Positions 7,480 to 17,877 are shown, counted from the stretch's first letter. The stretch: 43,998 bases of DNA from an uncultured Gammaproteobacteria bacterium (GCA_964443335.1 CAYUCK010000002.1:1-43998); one strand, 5' to 3'. A program made the numbers and translations. The notes: a model not told the origin generated them from the letters alone.

Positions 7480-8567
7480 TTAAGAAAAAAAATAGTAATC
7501 AAAAACAATTTGTCCAACTTCAAACAATTCCAATTTTTTTATCATTAATTGGTTTAGCTTTTATTTTTGAAGCTTCAGCTCTTCGGGCAATCAATTTATT
7601 TTCTGATAGCCTTCATTATTTAAAGTATCAGTTCGTTTGGATAATTTTAGGCATTTTTTTAATGAAACTTTTTTCTTTAATTGATTATCGAAAACTTTAT
7701 TTTTTGTCATTAATTTTATTAGTAAGCTCAATTTCTCTTTTAATTTTAGTTTTAATACCTGGCATTGGCTCTGATGCCGGTGGAGCAAGGCGTTGGATAA
7801 ATTTTGGTTTTTTTAATTTTCAACCGACTGAGCTATTGAAATTTTCTGTAATTTTATATCTTTCCTCTTGGTTTATCCACCAAGAAAAAAGACGTTTTTT
7901 TTCATTTTTGACACTGGTTGGGTTTTTGATATTTTTGATCATGTTACAGCCTGATATGGGAACAGCAATTATCGTTTTTTTAATTAGTTTGATTTTATAT
8001 TATCAATCAGGCATGAATTTGTTTAATTTATTTATTTTGTTGCCAATTTCTGCCATTGGTTTTTTTATTTTGATTAAAATTGCTCCATATCGACTAGCTC
8101 GACTGACAGCTTTTCTTAATCCTTCAAGTGATCCTCAAGGAATTGGTTATCATATCAATCAAATTTTTATTTCACTTTCTCATGGCGGGTTTTTTGGTCA
8201 AGGATTTGGAGCTTCAAGACAAAAATATTTGTTTTTACCTGAGGCTCACACCGACTCAATTTTTGCAATTGTTGCTGAGGAGTTTGGATTTTTGGGCGCA
8301 TCAATTTTGATATTGTTATACTTTATTTTTGTATACAAAATTTATCAACTAATTAAATATGCTCCTGATAAACTTGCCAAACTTTTATTAGTTGGAATTT
8401 TTGCTTTTTTTAATCTACAAATTATTATTAATTTAGCTGGAATGGTTGGGCTTTTTCCCTTAACAGGTGTACCTTTACCTTTTTTTTCCTACGGCGGCAG
8501 TAATTTGTTAATCTCTTACTCTCTAGTTGGTATTTTATTAAATATTAAAAAACGAATTAGCCCATGA
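7476..8567 (+). CDS. ftsW: SEDS peptidoglycan polymerase FtsW
   Basis: Motifs GARRWI, FQPTE..K, QPDMG, LPEAHTDSIFA and GVPLPFFSYGGS; lies upstream of murG. Confidence 0.93.
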   Translation: MIKKKNSNQKQFVQLQTIPIFLSLIGLAFIFEASALRAINLFSDSLHYLKYQFVWIILGIFLMKLFSLIDYRKLYFLSLILLVSSISLLILVLIPGIGSDAGGARRWINFGFFNFQPTELLKFSVILYLSSWFIHQEKRRFFSFLTLVGFLIFLIMLQPDMGTAIIVFLISLILYYQSGMNLFNLFILLPISAIGFFILIKIAPYRLARLTAFLNPSSDPQGIGYHINQIFISLSHGGFFGQGFGASRQKYLFLPEAHTDSIFAIVAEEFGFLGASILILLYFIFVYKIYQLIKYAPDKLAKLLLVGIFAFFNLQIIINLAGMVGLFPLTGVPLPFFSYGGSNLLISYSLVGILLNIKKRISP

Positions 8568-9664
8568 AAATTTTAATTACAGGAGGTCATTTGACACCAG
8601 CATTAGCTGTCATTGATGAAATTAAAAAAACAAAGCCAGAAGTAGAGATTGTCTTTGTTGGGCGAAAATATGCTTTAGATTTTGAAAAGACAATTTCTTT
8701 AGAATTAAAAGAAGTTAGTCAGAGAAATATTCGTTTTATAAATCTAAATGCTGGTAGATTGACTAGAGTTATTTCATTGCAAAGTATTTTTAGTTTTTTA
8801 AAAATACCAATTGGATTTTTGCAGGCTTTTTTTATTATTGTTGAGCAAAAACCGCAATTAGTTTTGTCATTTGGTGGTTATTTAGCTTTACCCTTAGTGT
8901 TTTGGGCGTGGCTATTTAGAATTCCATGTTTTACTCATGAGCAAACTTTAAATCCTGGTATGGCAAATCGGATTATTTCTAGGTTTGCAAAGAAAATTTT
9001 TGTTGCTTTTGAGGAAACAAAAAAATATTTTCCCCAAGAAAAAACTTTTGTTGTCGGCAATCCAATTCGTGAAACAGTTCTAAAGGTAGTTGATAAACCA
9101 TTTGATATTAAAAAAACAAAACCAGTCATCTATATTACTGGAGGCAGTTTAGGTAGCCACAGCATCAATCTTCATATAAAAAGTATTTTGCCTGATTTGT
9201 TAAAAAAATATATTGTCATTCATCAAACTGGAGAGACAAAACAATATCATGATTATGAAGATTTAGAAAAAATTAAAAATCAATTACCAAAAAAATTAAA
9301 AGAACAATATTTTTTAAAAAAACATTTTTTTGAAAAAGAAATTGGTTATGTTTATTCCTTAGCTGATTTAGTAATCAGTCGATGTGGTGCTAATACTTTT
9401 TTTGAGTTAGTTGCTTTAAAAAAACCTGCTGTTTTAATTCCTCTTCCATGGTCAGCTGGACGAGAGCAGCAACTTCACGCGGAGATTTTGACAAAAGCAG
9501 GATGTGCTCAGATATTTCACCAAGTTGAATCAAGCAAAAAATTATTAAGGTTAATTGATTCAATGGTAAAAAATCTAGATTTTTATAAAAAAAATTTTAG
9601 TCATTTAAATTTAAATTATAAAAAAAATGCTGCCAATACAATTGTTAAAGAAATTTTTCAATAA
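8564..9664 (+). CDS. murG: Lipid II GlcNAc transferase MurG
   Basis: Motifs ITGGHLTPA, FGGY, HEQ, GNPIR, TGGSLGS, SRCGANT and LIPLP. Confidence 0.96.
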   Translation: MKILITGGHLTPALAVIDEIKKTKPEVEIVFVGRKYALDFEKTISLELKEVSQRNIRFINLNAGRLTRVISLQSIFSFLKIPIGFLQAFFIIVEQKPQLVLSFGGYLALPLVFWAWLFRIPCFTHEQTLNPGMANRIISRFAKKIFVAFEETKKYFPQEKTFVVGNPIRETVLKVVDKPFDIKKTKPVIYITGGSLGSHSINLHIKSILPDLLKKYIVIHQTGETKQYHDYEDLEKIKNQLPKKLKEQYFLKKHFFEKEIGYVYSLADLVISRCGANTFFELVALKKPAVLIPLPWSAGREQQLHAEILTKAGCAQIFHQVESSKKLLRLIDSMVKNLDFYKKNFSHLNLNYKKNAANTIVKEIFQ

Positions 9665-10346
9665 AATAAAGATTATTATTTTTTTCTTTTTTTTAGTAAT
9701 ATTTTTTTTTAATCTTTTTTTATTATTAGAAAATTTTTTTAAGATTAAAGAAATTGAAGTCAATGAAAGAAATATAAAAATCATCGGACTGGAAAATCTC
9801 TATGGAAAAAATATCTTATTTTTAAATTCAGAAAAAACTACGGAAAGATTAATTAAAGAAAATCCGGCAATTAAAACTATTGTTATTCAAAAAAAATTGC
9901 CTTCAAAATTATTGCTCAATGTTGTTTTTGCCAATTCAATAGCTCAGCTTGCCGTGGATGCTGGTTATTTTTATCTTGATGAAGATGGTAAGATTATAAA
10001 AAAAACAAGAAATCCATCTTTTTCTTTACCCCAAATTAATTTTTACCAAAAAATTTACTATTCTGATTACCAGTCTGGTCAACAAATTTATTTTGAAGAA
10101 ATAAAAAAAAGTCTTTATTTATTAAAAAAAATTAACCAAATTGGGTTAACTATCAAAGACCTTGATATTAGTGGGAATAATGTGATAGTATTTAATTTAG
10201 AAAATAAAAAAATTATTTTTGACAGTTTAAAAGATCAACAATTACAACTTTTTCAGTTAGAACAAATTATTAAAGCGTTCAAGATCAAAGGCGAAAACTA
10301 CAAAGAAATTGATTTGCGTTTTGATAAACCAATTGTTAGATTTTGA
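9627..10346 (+). CDS. ftsQ: Cell division protein FtsQ/DivIB
   Basis: N-terminal TM, POTRA-like segment and C-terminal IDLRF; lies between murG and ftsA. Confidence 0.85.
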   Translation: MLPIQLLKKFFNKIKIIIFFFFLVIFFFNLFLLLENFFKIKEIEVNERNIKIIGLENLYGKNILFLNSEKTTERLIKENPAIKTIVIQKKLPSKLLLNVVFANSIAQLAVDAGYFYLDEDGKIIKKTRNPSFSLPQINFYQKIYYSDYQSGQQIYFEEIKKSLYLLKKINQIGLTIKDLDISGNNVIVFNLENKKIIFDSLKDQQLQLFQLEQIIKAFKIKGENYKEIDLRFDKPIVRF

Positions 10347-10349
10347 ATT

Positions 10350-11609
10350 ATGGCAGACAATTTAATTTGTGGCATTGATATTGGGAGTAGTAAAATTGCA
10401 ACCGTTGTTGGTATAAAACAGGAGGGGAGTGAAGAAATTAAAATAATTGGTTTTAATAGTTCTCCAGCTAAAGGTATAAGAAAAGGATTAATTGTTGATA
10501 TCAAAGGGGTGACTGATTGCGTTGAGGAAAGTGTGGAAAAAGCTGAAAGAATGGCTGGACACAAGATCAATCAGGCTTATGTCTCAGTTGGTGGTCCTCA
10601 CATATCCTCCTTAAACTCTCATGGAATTGTTGCTATTTCTAATGCTTCCAATGAAATTAGTCAATCTGATGTACAAAGAGTTATTGAATCAGCTCGAGCT
10701 CTTTCTTTATCTTCAACTCGGCAGATTATTGAAGTCGTGGCCAGGGATTTTATAGTTGATGGTCAGCCTGGTATAAAAAATCCAGTTGGCATGACTGGAG
10801 TACGTCTTGAAGTTGAGACTCATATAATCACCGCCTCATCAATTAATTTAAAAAACATTGAGCGAGTTTTAGACGACTTAGGAATCGAAAACTTAGGATT
10901 TGTTTTTTCTGGTCTAGCTTCTGCTGAGGCAGTTTTGACAAATACTGAGAAAGAGTTAGGGGTAGTGTTAGTGGACATTGGTGGCGGAAAAATTGATTTA
11001 GCTATTTATGTTGAAGGCGCTTTATCTTATTCATCGTCAATTCCTGTTGGTGCTCGCCATATTACTAATGATATTGCGGTAGGCTTACGGGTTTCTCTTG
11101 ATTCAGCAGAAAAAATAAAGCTTTTTTTAAGTAAAAATTTAACTTCAAAAAAAAAGCCCTCTCAGTTAAATTTTAACGAGTTAAATTTACCTGAGCAGCT
11201 GACTGAAGTTTCTTTAAAAACTTTGGTTGATGGGATTATTGCTCCACGGTTGGAGGAAATTTATAAATTGATATTTGAGGAGATAGAAAAAAGCGGTTTT
11301 GCTCAGTTAGTACCCTCTGGATTAGTAATTACAGGAGGCGGTGCTTTGACCGTGGGCATGCTTGAGACTGGAAAACGAGTGGTTGGTTTACCCATTAGAA
11401 TTGGACTTCCTGATAAGCTAACTGGATTAATTGATGAAACAACCGATCCTCAATATGCTTCAACCATAGGTTTACTCTTATATGGTTCACAAAATCTAAG
11501 TAATTATCAAAATGCAGGAATGAAAAATTTTGGTAAAATTTTGAAAGAATTTGATCTAGGAGGTTCATTTACAAAAATTAAGGATTTTTTTAAACAGTTT
11601 ATTCCATAA
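10350..11609 (+). CDS. ftsA: Cell division protein FtsA
   Basis: Motifs GIDIGSSKI, AERMAG, NPVGMTGVRLE, VDIGGG, ITNDIA and VITGGGA. Confidence 0.97.
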   Translation: MADNLICGIDIGSSKIATVVGIKQEGSEEIKIIGFNSSPAKGIRKGLIVDIKGVTDCVEESVEKAERMAGHKINQAYVSVGGPHISSLNSHGIVAISNASNEISQSDVQRVIESARALSLSSTRQIIEVVARDFIVDGQPGIKNPVGMTGVRLEVETHIITASSINLKNIERVLDDLGIENLGFVFSGLASAEAVLTNTEKELGVVLVDIGGGKIDLAIYVEGALSYSSSIPVGARHITNDIAVGLRVSLDSAEKIKLFLSKNLTSKKKPSQLNFNELNLPEQLTEVSLKTLVDGIIAPRLEEIYKLIFEEIEKSGFAQLVPSGLVITGGGALTVGMLETGKRVVGLPIRIGLPDKLTGLIDETTDPQYASTIGLLLYGSQNLSNYQNAGMKNFGKILKEFDLGGSFTKIKDFFKQFIP

Positions 11610-11615
11610 AAAAAT

Positions 11616-12734
11616 ATGCTAATTAAACCAAGAGCCGGTCAAGCAGCCAGAATCAAAGTGGTTGGAGTAGGTGGCGGTGGTGGCAACGCTCTTTCCTCAA
11701 TGATTGCTCAGGGAGGAATAACTGGAGTTGAGTTTATTGCCGTTAATACTGATGCTCAAGCGCTCCTAAATAACAAAGCCACCATTAAAATCCAAATTGG
11801 TGAGCAATTAACTAAGGGTTTGGGAAGTGGTGGTGATCCAGAGATGGGTCGGCAAGCAGCTGAGGAATCAAGAGAAAGATTAAAAGAAGAACTATCAGGC
11901 GCTGATATGATCTTTATTACTTGTGGAGAAGGCGGCGGTACTGGTACAGGTGCCTCACCAGTTGTGGCTGAGATAGCTAAGGAAACTGGAGCTTTGACAG
12001 TGGCAGTTGTCACCAAACCATTTGAGTTTGAAGGAGTTAAAAGAAAACTAACTGCCGAGGAGGGAATTTCTCGATTAAAAGAAAAAGTTGATACATTAAT
12101 TGTTGTCCCCAACCAAAAAGTTCTGACAATCATTGATAAAAAAACACCAATCCTTGAAGCTTTTCGCAAAATTGATGAGGTTTTGGCTTCAGGTGTCAAA
12201 GGTATTGCTGAGTTGATTACTATTCCTGGATTAATAAATGTTGATTTTGCTGATGTTAAATCAATTATGAGTAATTCTGGCACGGCTTTGATGGGTCTGG
12301 GGATTGGAAGTGGTGATAAACGGGCAATGGCGGCGATCAAACAAGCAATCTCCTCACCACTTCTTGATATCTCAATTGAAGGGGCAAGAGGAGTGTTGTT
12401 TAATATTGTTGGTGGACCTGACCTCTCTTTGACAGAGGTTGATGAGGCTGCCTCAATAATTGCTAAAAGTGTTGATCCCGACGCTGAGATTATTTTTGGT
12501 GCTGTTATAGATGATAAAATGATGGATCAATTAAAAGTGACAATCATTGCCACTCGTTTTGATGACAATAAATTAAAGCTTTTTCGATTCAGACGAGGTG
12601 ATGATAAGGATAAAACTCAAACTGATTTAAAAACAGAAGAAAAAAAAGATATAAGTGAAGAGATTGAGGAGGAGGAGGAGATTTTTGATGATAACTCAGA
12701 ATTTGATATTCCTGCTTTTTTGAGAAAAAAATAA
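11616..12734 (+). CDS. ftsZ: Cell division protein FtsZ
   Basis: Motifs GVGGGGGNA, NTDAQ, GGGTGTG and INVDFADV, with C-terminal DIPAFLRKK. Confidence 0.99.
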   Translation: MLIKPRAGQAARIKVVGVGGGGGNALSSMIAQGGITGVEFIAVNTDAQALLNNKATIKIQIGEQLTKGLGSGGDPEMGRQAAEESRERLKEELSGADMIFITCGEGGGTGTGASPVVAEIAKETGALTVAVVTKPFEFEGVKRKLTAEEGISRLKEKVDTLIVVPNQKVLTIIDKKTPILEAFRKIDEVLASGVKGIAELITIPGLINVDFADVKSIMSNSGTALMGLGIGSGDKRAMAAIKQAISSPLLDISIEGARGVLFNIVGGPDLSLTEVDEAASIIAKSVDPDAEIIFGAVIDDKMMDQLKVTIIATRFDDNKLKLFRFRRGDDKDKTQTDLKTEEKKDISEEIEEEEEIFDDNSEFDIPAFLRKK

Positions 12735-12778
12735 TTTTTCCTCTTTAAATTCCCCTTTATTTTTATATAATTAAAAAT

Positions 12779-15673
12779 ATGTTAAAACCAATTGCTGAAA
12801 AACATGATTTTATTGAGATGGAGCATAAATGGTTAAAGGAATGGTATGAAAAAGGAGTTGTTGATAAGTATTTAAAAAAAAATCAAAAAAGCGAAAAATA
12901 CTTTTCTTTTTTGGATGGGCCTATTACTGCCAATAATCCAATGGGTGTTCACCATGCTTGGGGACGCACCTACAAGGATCTTTGGCCAAAATTTTATAAT
13001 CTTTTAGGTTATCGTCAGCGCTTTCAAAACGGTTTTGACTGTCAAGGGCTTTGGGTTGAGGTTGAGGTTGAGAAAGAGTTGGGATTGAAAAATAAAAAAG
13101 AGATTGAGAATTTAGTGCCTGGTGATAAATTTGCCTCAATTGCCAAATTTGTTGATCTATGTAAGCAAAGAGTTTATCGCTTTTCAAAAATCCAAACTGA
13201 TCAATCAAAACGCTTGGGTTATTTTGCTGACTGGGAGCACTCCTACTACACCATGGCTGATGAAAATAACTATATGATCTGGACTTTTTTAAAAAAATGT
13301 TATGAAAATGGTTGGATTTATAAGGGTCAAGAATCTGTTCCTTGGTGTCCTCGTTGTCAAACCGCTATTTCACAGCATGAGATGTTAACTGAAGATTATA
13401 AAGAAGTGGTTCATGAATCAATTTATATGAAGTTTAAAATCGAAGGAAAAGATGAGTATTTATTGGTCTGGACAACTACTCCTTGGACAATTCCAGCCAA
13501 CATCGCTATTGCTGTTGATGAAGATTTTGATTATAGCTTAGTTCAAGTTAAATCTGGTCAAAAGTATTGGTTGGCAAAGGATTTAGTAAAAACAGTTTTA
13601 GGTGATGATTTGGTAAAAGTTTTAAAAGAGGTAAAAGGAAAAGAATTAGTTGGTTTAAAATATCAAGGAGCTTTTGATTATTTAGAGGCAGTTAAAAAAG
13701 TTGCTCAAGAAAATCCTGACAAATTCCATACTGTGATTGCTACCGATAAGAATATTTTGCCCATTAGTCTTACTGAAGGAACAGGTTTGGTTCACACTGC
13801 AGTTTCAGCGGGTACTGAGGACTACAAGCTAGGAAAAAAACTTGGTTTACCAATGATTCCTGTTATTGATGATGAGGCTAATTATTTACCTGGATTAGGT
13901 GAATTTAGTGGAAAAAATGCCAAAAAACATCCTCGACTAATTCTTGATTTTATGGAAAAAAATGGTTTTGCTTATAAAATTCATCAATACAAACATCGTT
14001 ATCCAGCTTGTTGGCGATGCAAAACTGAGTTAGTTTGGAAAGTGGCTGATGAATGGTATATTGCCATGGACAAAAAACCTTTAAAAAAAGACTTAGGAGA
14101 GGAGACATTGCGTGAGAGAATGATTAAAGTAGCAAAAAAGATTAAATGGATGCCAGAGTTTGGTCTTGATCGAGAGCTTGATTGGCTAAGAAATATGCAT
14201 GATTGGTTGATATCAAAGAAAAATCGTTATTGGGGATTGTCACTACCAATTTATGAATGTAAAAATTGTGGCCATTTTGAGGTAATTGGATCAAAAGAAG
14301 AATTAAAAGAAAGAGCGGTTGAGGGTTGGAGTGAATTTGAAGGTCATTCTCCTCATAAGCCTTATATTGATCAAGTTAAAATTAAATGTTCTCAATGTGG
14401 AGCCCTTGTTTCTCGGATTGATGATGTTGGCAATCCATGGCTTGATGCTGGTATTGTTGCCTATTCAACCATTAAAGAAAATAATCAAGGTGAACCGCTT
14501 TATAAAATCAATAAAGAGGAATGGCGAAAATGGTTTCCAGCTGATTTTATCACTGAAAGCTTTCCTGGACAGTTCAAAAACTGGTTTTATGCTTTGATTG
14601 CTATGTCAACGGTCATGGAAAATGAGCCTCCATTCAAGAGAGTTTTAGGATACGGGACGCTTTTGGGCGAGGATGGTCGGCCAATGCACAAAAGTTGGGG
14701 AAATGCGATTGAGTTTAATGAGGGCGCTGATAAAATCGGGGTTGATGTGATGCGCTGGATGTATGCAAGACAAAATCCAGCCGATAATATGCTTTTTGGT
14801 TATAAAAAAGCTGATGAAGTCAGGCGCCAGTTTTATCTAATGCTTTGGAATGTTTACAAATTTTTTGTTGAATATGCTAACTTAGACGGATTTAATAAGT
14901 TTTTTGATAAACCTGTGCCTAATAATATTCTTGATAAATGGATTTTAAGTCGTTTTGTTTGGCTAGTTAATTTTGTTGAAAAAAGTTTAAAAGACTTCAA
15001 TGCTAAGGATGCTGCTTTAGCAATTGAAAAATTTGTTGATGATCTATCAACTTGGTATATCCGCCGCAGTCGTGATCGAGTTTGGGTAAATTCAGATGAC
15101 AAAGATGACAAAAAATCATTTTATGAATCGATGTACTATGTTTTAGTTAATTTTTCAATTATTCTTTCACCATTTATTCCTTTTGTCAGTGAGGAAATTT
15201 ATAAAAATTTAACTGATAAAGAGTCAGTGTTTCTTGAAAATTGGCCAGTGGTTGATAAAAGTTGGTATGATGAGGAGTTAGAAAAACAGATGGCAATTGC
15301 CAGAAAAGTAGTTGAGGCAGGTCATAGTCTTCGAAAAGAGATGAAAGTAAAGGTAAGAATGCCTTTAGCAAGGCTTGAGGTAAAAGTTGAGAATGATTGT
15401 TCAAAAATACCGTCTGAGATTTGGGAAATAGTCCTAAAGGAACTTAACGTGAAAAATATTTTAGTTAATAATGTTATTAAATATCCGGAAAAAGAAGTTA
15501 AAGTCACAGAGGATGAGTTAAAATATGAAGGTGAGTTGCGAGAATTTATTCGCTTAGGTCAAGCAAAAAGAAAAGAATTAGGTCTTAAACCAACTGAATA
15601 TTTTCAATATCCTATTCCTGAACGCTTTCAAAAAAGTGTCGATCTTATTAAAAGAAAACTAATGATTAAATAA
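12779..15673 (+). CDS. ileS: Isoleucine--tRNA ligase, type 2 (IleRS2)
   Basis: Motifs FLDGPITAN, GFDCQGL, WTTTPWT, GTGLVH, DWLIS..RYWG and WYIRRSR. The HIGH motif reads GVHH and KMSKS reads PMHKS. Confidence 0.95.
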   Translation: MLKPIAEKHDFIEMEHKWLKEWYEKGVVDKYLKKNQKSEKYFSFLDGPITANNPMGVHHAWGRTYKDLWPKFYNLLGYRQRFQNGFDCQGLWVEVEVEKELGLKNKKEIENLVPGDKFASIAKFVDLCKQRVYRFSKIQTDQSKRLGYFADWEHSYYTMADENNYMIWTFLKKCYENGWIYKGQESVPWCPRCQTAISQHEMLTEDYKEVVHESIYMKFKIEGKDEYLLVWTTTPWTIPANIAIAVDEDFDYSLVQVKSGQKYWLAKDLVKTVLGDDLVKVLKEVKGKELVGLKYQGAFDYLEAVKKVAQENPDKFHTVIATDKNILPISLTEGTGLVHTAVSAGTEDYKLGKKLGLPMIPVIDDEANYLPGLGEFSGKNAKKHPRLILDFMEKNGFAYKIHQYKHRYPACWRCKTELVWKVADEWYIAMDKKPLKKDLGEETLRERMIKVAKKIKWMPEFGLDRELDWLRNMHDWLISKKNRYWGLSLPIYECKNCGHFEVIGSKEELKERAVEGWSEFEGHSPHKPYIDQVKIKCSQCGALVSRIDDVGNPWLDAGIVAYSTIKENNQGEPLYKINKEEWRKWFPADFITESFPGQFKNWFYALIAMSTVMENEPPFKRVLGYGTLLGEDGRPMHKSWGNAIEFNEGADKIGVDVMRWMYARQNPADNMLFGYKKADEVRRQFYLMLWNVYKFFVEYANLDGFNKFFDKPVPNNILDKWILSRFVWLVNFVEKSLKDFNAKDAALAIEKFVDDLSTWYIRRSRDRVWVNSDDKDDKKSFYESMYYVLVNFSIILSPFIPFVSEEIYKNLTDKESVFLENWPVVDKSWYDEELEKQMAIARKVVEAGHSLRKEMKVKVRMPLARLEVKVENDCSKIPSEIWEIVLKELNVKNILVNNVIKYPEKEVKVTEDELKYEGELREFIRLGQAKRKELGLKPTEYFQYPIPERFQKSVDLIKRKLMIK

Positions 15674-15674
15674 A

Positions 15675-16706
15675 ATGGAGATTTTAATTGCTACTTTTTT
15701 TTTGTCAATTTTTGGTCTATTTAATCTTTTTGGGATTAATCAACAATTATTCTTTCGTCAATTAATATATATCTTGTTTGGTTTTGTTATTTACTTTTTT
15801 ATAAAAAAAATTGGTCGGATTTTTTTCCAAAACAATATTCGGTTATTTTATTATTTTTTTATTTTTGCCTTATTTATTACTTATATTATTGCTATAGAAA
15901 TTCGTGGTTCAAAAAGATGGCTTGATTTTTACTTTTTTCGCTTCCAAGCGAGTGAAATATTTAAACCATTTTTTATTCTTTTTTTGAGCGAATATTTATA
16001 TAAATTTGATATTGTTTTTGATAGTTTAGGATTGCTTTTTAAAAGTTTTATTTATTTTTTTATTCCTTTTTTTATAGTTTTTAAGCAACCAGATTTAGCT
16101 AATGCCTTAACGTTTTTGGTGATTTATTTTTCGATATTATTCTTTTCAAAAATTCCCAAAAAACAAATTTTTTTCTTTTTTAGTAGTTTTATGTTTTTTA
16201 TTCCGTTTAGTTGGTTTTTTTTAAAAGATTATCAAAAAGCGCGAATTTTAAGTTTTTTAAATCCTCATCTTGATACTCAAGGAACTGCTTATAACATCAG
16301 CCAAGCAATTATTACTATTGGTAGTGGAATGTTTTTTGGTAAGGGTTTGGGTTTTGGGACTCAATCGCGTCTGGCATTTTTGCCAGAAAATACCACTGAT
16401 TTTGCTTTTGCTTCACTGGTGGAGCAATTTGGCTTTTTTGGAGGAAGTTTTGTAATTCTTTTTTATGGTTGGTTAATTTATATTTTAATAAAAAAAAGTT
16501 TTAAATATTTTTTTTCCAATAGTGAGGATGAGCAAAAGAAATTTATGTATACTTTTGGAGTTTTAATTTATATATGTTTTCAGGTGTTTGTTAATATTGG
16601 TATGAATATGGGGATTTTACCAGTAGCTGGTGTAGCATTACCATTTATTTCATATGGTGGTTCAGCAATTATGGCAATGATGATTGCTTTAGCACTTTTG
16701 CCTTAA
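15675..16706 (+). CDS. rodA: SEDS family protein, RodA-like
   Basis: Motifs GSKRW, FQASE..K, QPDL, IGSG..FGKG, LPENTTDFAF and LPFISYGGS. It is the second SEDS gene and lies outside the dcw cluster. Confidence 0.82.
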   Translation: MEILIATFFLSIFGLFNLFGINQQLFFRQLIYILFGFVIYFFIKKIGRIFFQNNIRLFYYFFIFALFITYIIAIEIRGSKRWLDFYFFRFQASEIFKPFFILFLSEYLYKFDIVFDSLGLLFKSFIYFFIPFFIVFKQPDLANALTFLVIYFSILFFSKIPKKQIFFFFSSFMFFIPFSWFFLKDYQKARILSFLNPHLDTQGTAYNISQAIITIGSGMFFGKGLGFGTQSRLAFLPENTTDFAFASLVEQFGFFGGSFVILFYGWLIYILIKKSFKYFFSNSEDEQKKFMYTFGVLIYICFQVFVNIGMNMGILPVAGVALPFISYGGSAIMAMMIALALLP

Positions 16707-16748
16707 AAATAATTTGCTTTAATCAATTTTTTTTGTATAATTTAATTT

Positions 16749-17063
16749 ATGGTTAATTTTGCTGTTGTTAAAACTGGTGGCAAACAATATTTGGTAAAAG
16801 AAGGAGAAGAAATTGTGGTTGATCATATTGATGCAAAAGAAAAGGAAAAAATACAACTTGATACATTGATGACTTTTGATGAAGAAGGAAAAAATGTTGA
16901 AATTGGTAGTCCAGTTTTAGAAAAAAAAGTGGTTGCTGAGGTTATCTCTCATCAAAAAGGAGAGAAAATTAGAGTGGCAAGATTTAAGGCGAAAGTCAGA
17001 TATCGCAAAGTTAAAGGTTTTCGACCATTATTGACAACTTTAAAAATAGTTAAAATTAATTAA
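16749..17063 (+). CDS. rplU: 50S ribosomal protein bL21
   Basis: Motifs AVVKTGGKQY and KVRYRKVKGFR. Confidence 0.97.
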   Translation: MVNFAVVKTGGKQYLVKEGEEIVVDHIDAKEKEKIQLDTLMTFDEEGKNVEIGSPVLEKKVVAEVISHQKGEKIRVARFKAKVRYRKVKGFRPLLTTLKIVKIN

Positions 17064-17070
17064 TTTATTT

Positions 17071-17316
17071 ATGGCACATACTAAAGCGCAAAAAGCCGTC
17101 AAAGGCAATCGCGATTCTCAATCAAAAAGACTTGGAGTAAAAGTTTATGGTGGTGAAAAAGTTTTACCTGGTCATATTATTATCCGTCAAAGAGGTACAA
17201 AAGTTAATCCAGGCCCAGGAACAATGCTTTCTCGTGATTATACGATTTTAGCTTTGAAGGAAGGTAAAGTCCAATTCTACAGGCGACGCGGAGAGGTCTT
17301 TGTCAGTGTTGTTTAA
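17071..17316 (+). CDS. rpmA: 50S ribosomal protein bL27
   Basis: Motifs MAH...RDSQSKRLGVK and IIIRQRGTK. Confidence 0.97.
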   Translation: MAHTKAQKAVKGNRDSQSKRLGVKVYGGEKVLPGHIIIRQRGTKVNPGPGTMLSRDYTILALKEGKVQFYRRRGEVFVSVV

Positions 17317-17334
17317 AAAGTGTAAAATATCTTC

Positions 17335-17877
17335 ATGGAGCAGATTTTGGAAAAAATTAAAAAAGAAAAAGATGTTTTTGTTAAGGCAAAATTAATCCAC
17401 TATTTAATCCGAGAAAAACAGCTAAGAATAAAGGAACTTTCTGAAAAGCTCGGTATGACTTCATCATATATCTGTCATCTAAATCGCTTAAATTATTTAC
17501 CTGAGGTGATTGTTGATGGATATTATTCAAATTTAATTAACATTAGCACTCTTTTTACTCTTTCAAGGATTAAAAATGAAACTAAATTAATAAAAATTTA
17601 TGAAAAAGTTTTAGCCGAAAATTTGACATTAAAACAACTTGATGAGTTGATTCGGGATGAGCTTTATGGGATTAAAGATAACGGTGAATTTATAAAAAAA
17701 GAAGAAAAAGAAAAATGGAAAGAACAGTTCAAAAAAAAGTACAGTGAAGACGTTGATATTAAAATTTACCAAACAAGAACTCGGGGAAAGATTTTTATTG
17801 AGATTAAAGGTAATTTAGAAAAAACGAGTAAATTTTTAAAAAGAATTGTTAGCGGATTGCTGAGGGTAAAGGATTGA
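17335..17877 (+). CDS. ParB/Spo0J-like HTH protein lacking the N-terminal CTPase domain
   Basis: ELSEKLGMTSSYICHLNRLNYLP resembles the ParB HTH, followed by LTLKQLDELIR and the C-terminal dimerisation-like RGKIFIE. Only 180 aa, with no GERR box. Confidence 0.65.
   Translation: MEQILEKIKKEKDVFVKAKLIHYLIREKQLRIKELSEKLGMTSSYICHLNRLNYLPEVIVDGYYSNLINISTLFTLSRIKNETKLIKIYEKVLAENLTLKQLDELIRDELYGIKDNGEFIKKEEKEKWKEQFKKKYSEDVDIKIYQTRTRGKIFIEIKGNLEKTSKFLKRIVSGLLRVKD

Noticed and set aside
11756..12340. 194-aa minus-strand ORF and the other short ORFs nested in genes (e.g. 4127-4378, 10298-10570, 24872-25165, 42491-42712)
   Set aside because: They overlap well-supported genes in antisense or alternative frames and show no recognisable motifs.
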